NCBI RefSeq assembly: GCF_004010195.1
Contig: NC_057718.1
Location: forward strand, 73,779,931-73,843,930
DNA: 64,000 nt
Direction: 5' to 3'
Origin: Chiloscyllium plagiosum
Lineage: Eukaryota
Notes under the pieces: generated by a model
What the model was told of the DNA's origin: nothing
What the model saw: only the letters and a program-made list of their open reading frames with translations
Database searches by the model: none
Made by a program: the position numbers and the translations under genes
Shown here: positions 63,400-64,000 of the stretch, one piece after another
Layout of the letters: each line of letters starts with the position of its first letter
How positions within the stretch are numbered: the stretch's first letter is position 1

Positions 63400-64000
63400 A
63401 ATTTGTGCGGTTTTGTTATCTGCAGTGTACTGCGACCTGAAAATATTAAGTGGAAATGTCTCTTTGTCCTCTGTACCCATGCTGTCAAATTGATTGACAG
63501 AGTGTCAGTTCCAGGAATTCAGTTTGTTCTTGAGAATGATTTGGCAGGATCCAAGGTAGGAGTGACACCCCTTGTTGTGGAGAAACCCAAGGAAGACCAA
63601 GAAATAGGAGTTAAAACAGAAATATTCTGGTACATTCCCAGACTCTGTGATAACCAGATCCCATTATCATAGGTCACAGCACGAAGAAAAAAGAGAAAGA
63701 TGAAGGTGTTGAGGTTCGGTTAGCGGATACCCTGTTTATCGTAATGGTGCAGGAAAAACCTGAGCAGGCAGAGGGTCAGGCAGAAGTATTTAGTCCTGAA
63801 AGGTTAAGGGACTTGCTATAGCAAAACAAGACGATAAAAGATATTTATGTGGATGTGTACTCCGAAAAGGAGGCAGAGAATATTCCTGAGAGTTATTATC
63901 TGAAAAATGCCTAAGACTGAAAAGGAGACCACGGCAGCTTAGTGCAGAAGAAAAATGGGCTGAAGTGCACCAGATTGTGTTGCCGGTAGCATATAGACAG
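63400..64000 (+). mobile_element. Gmr1-type Gypsy pol fragment (protease and linker), runs off the window
   Basis: VSVPGIQFVLENDLAGSKVG, colinear with 14095-14370. Confidence 0.8.

Overview
Repeat-dense eukaryotic DNA, by inference from a shark or other elasmobranch (HE1-type V-SINEs, HER1/CR1 LINEs). No intact cellular protein-coding gene is visible; almost all ORFs in the track are decayed transposon frames or SINE artefacts. One host gene is present: a + strand, non-coding, 5'TOP-type snoRNA host gene (about 17110-25360). It has a TATA/TCT/NRF1 promoter, short exons and two intronic box C/D snoRNAs matching SNORD50 (U50), so it is SNHG5/U50HG-like. The rest is nested mobile DNA: a Gypsy element (1424-5423), many CR1 fragments, two Gmr1-type Gypsy elements, Penelope, L1/Tx1, Rex1, Harbinger and pogo-like remnants. 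A roughly 20.8 kb decayed provirus (30914-51700) has a tRNA-Arg PBS, a coiled-coil Gag, dual RNase H and an envelope laid out like a viral F protein (lokiretrovirus-like). Four short TSD-flanked insertions of one family carry a minimal hammerhead ribozyme motif; two are long palindromes folded back at or within the ribozyme. Two short templated copies of neighbouring junction sequence are also visible. All family assignments come from recalled motifs, with no database search, and boundaries of old repeats are approximate.
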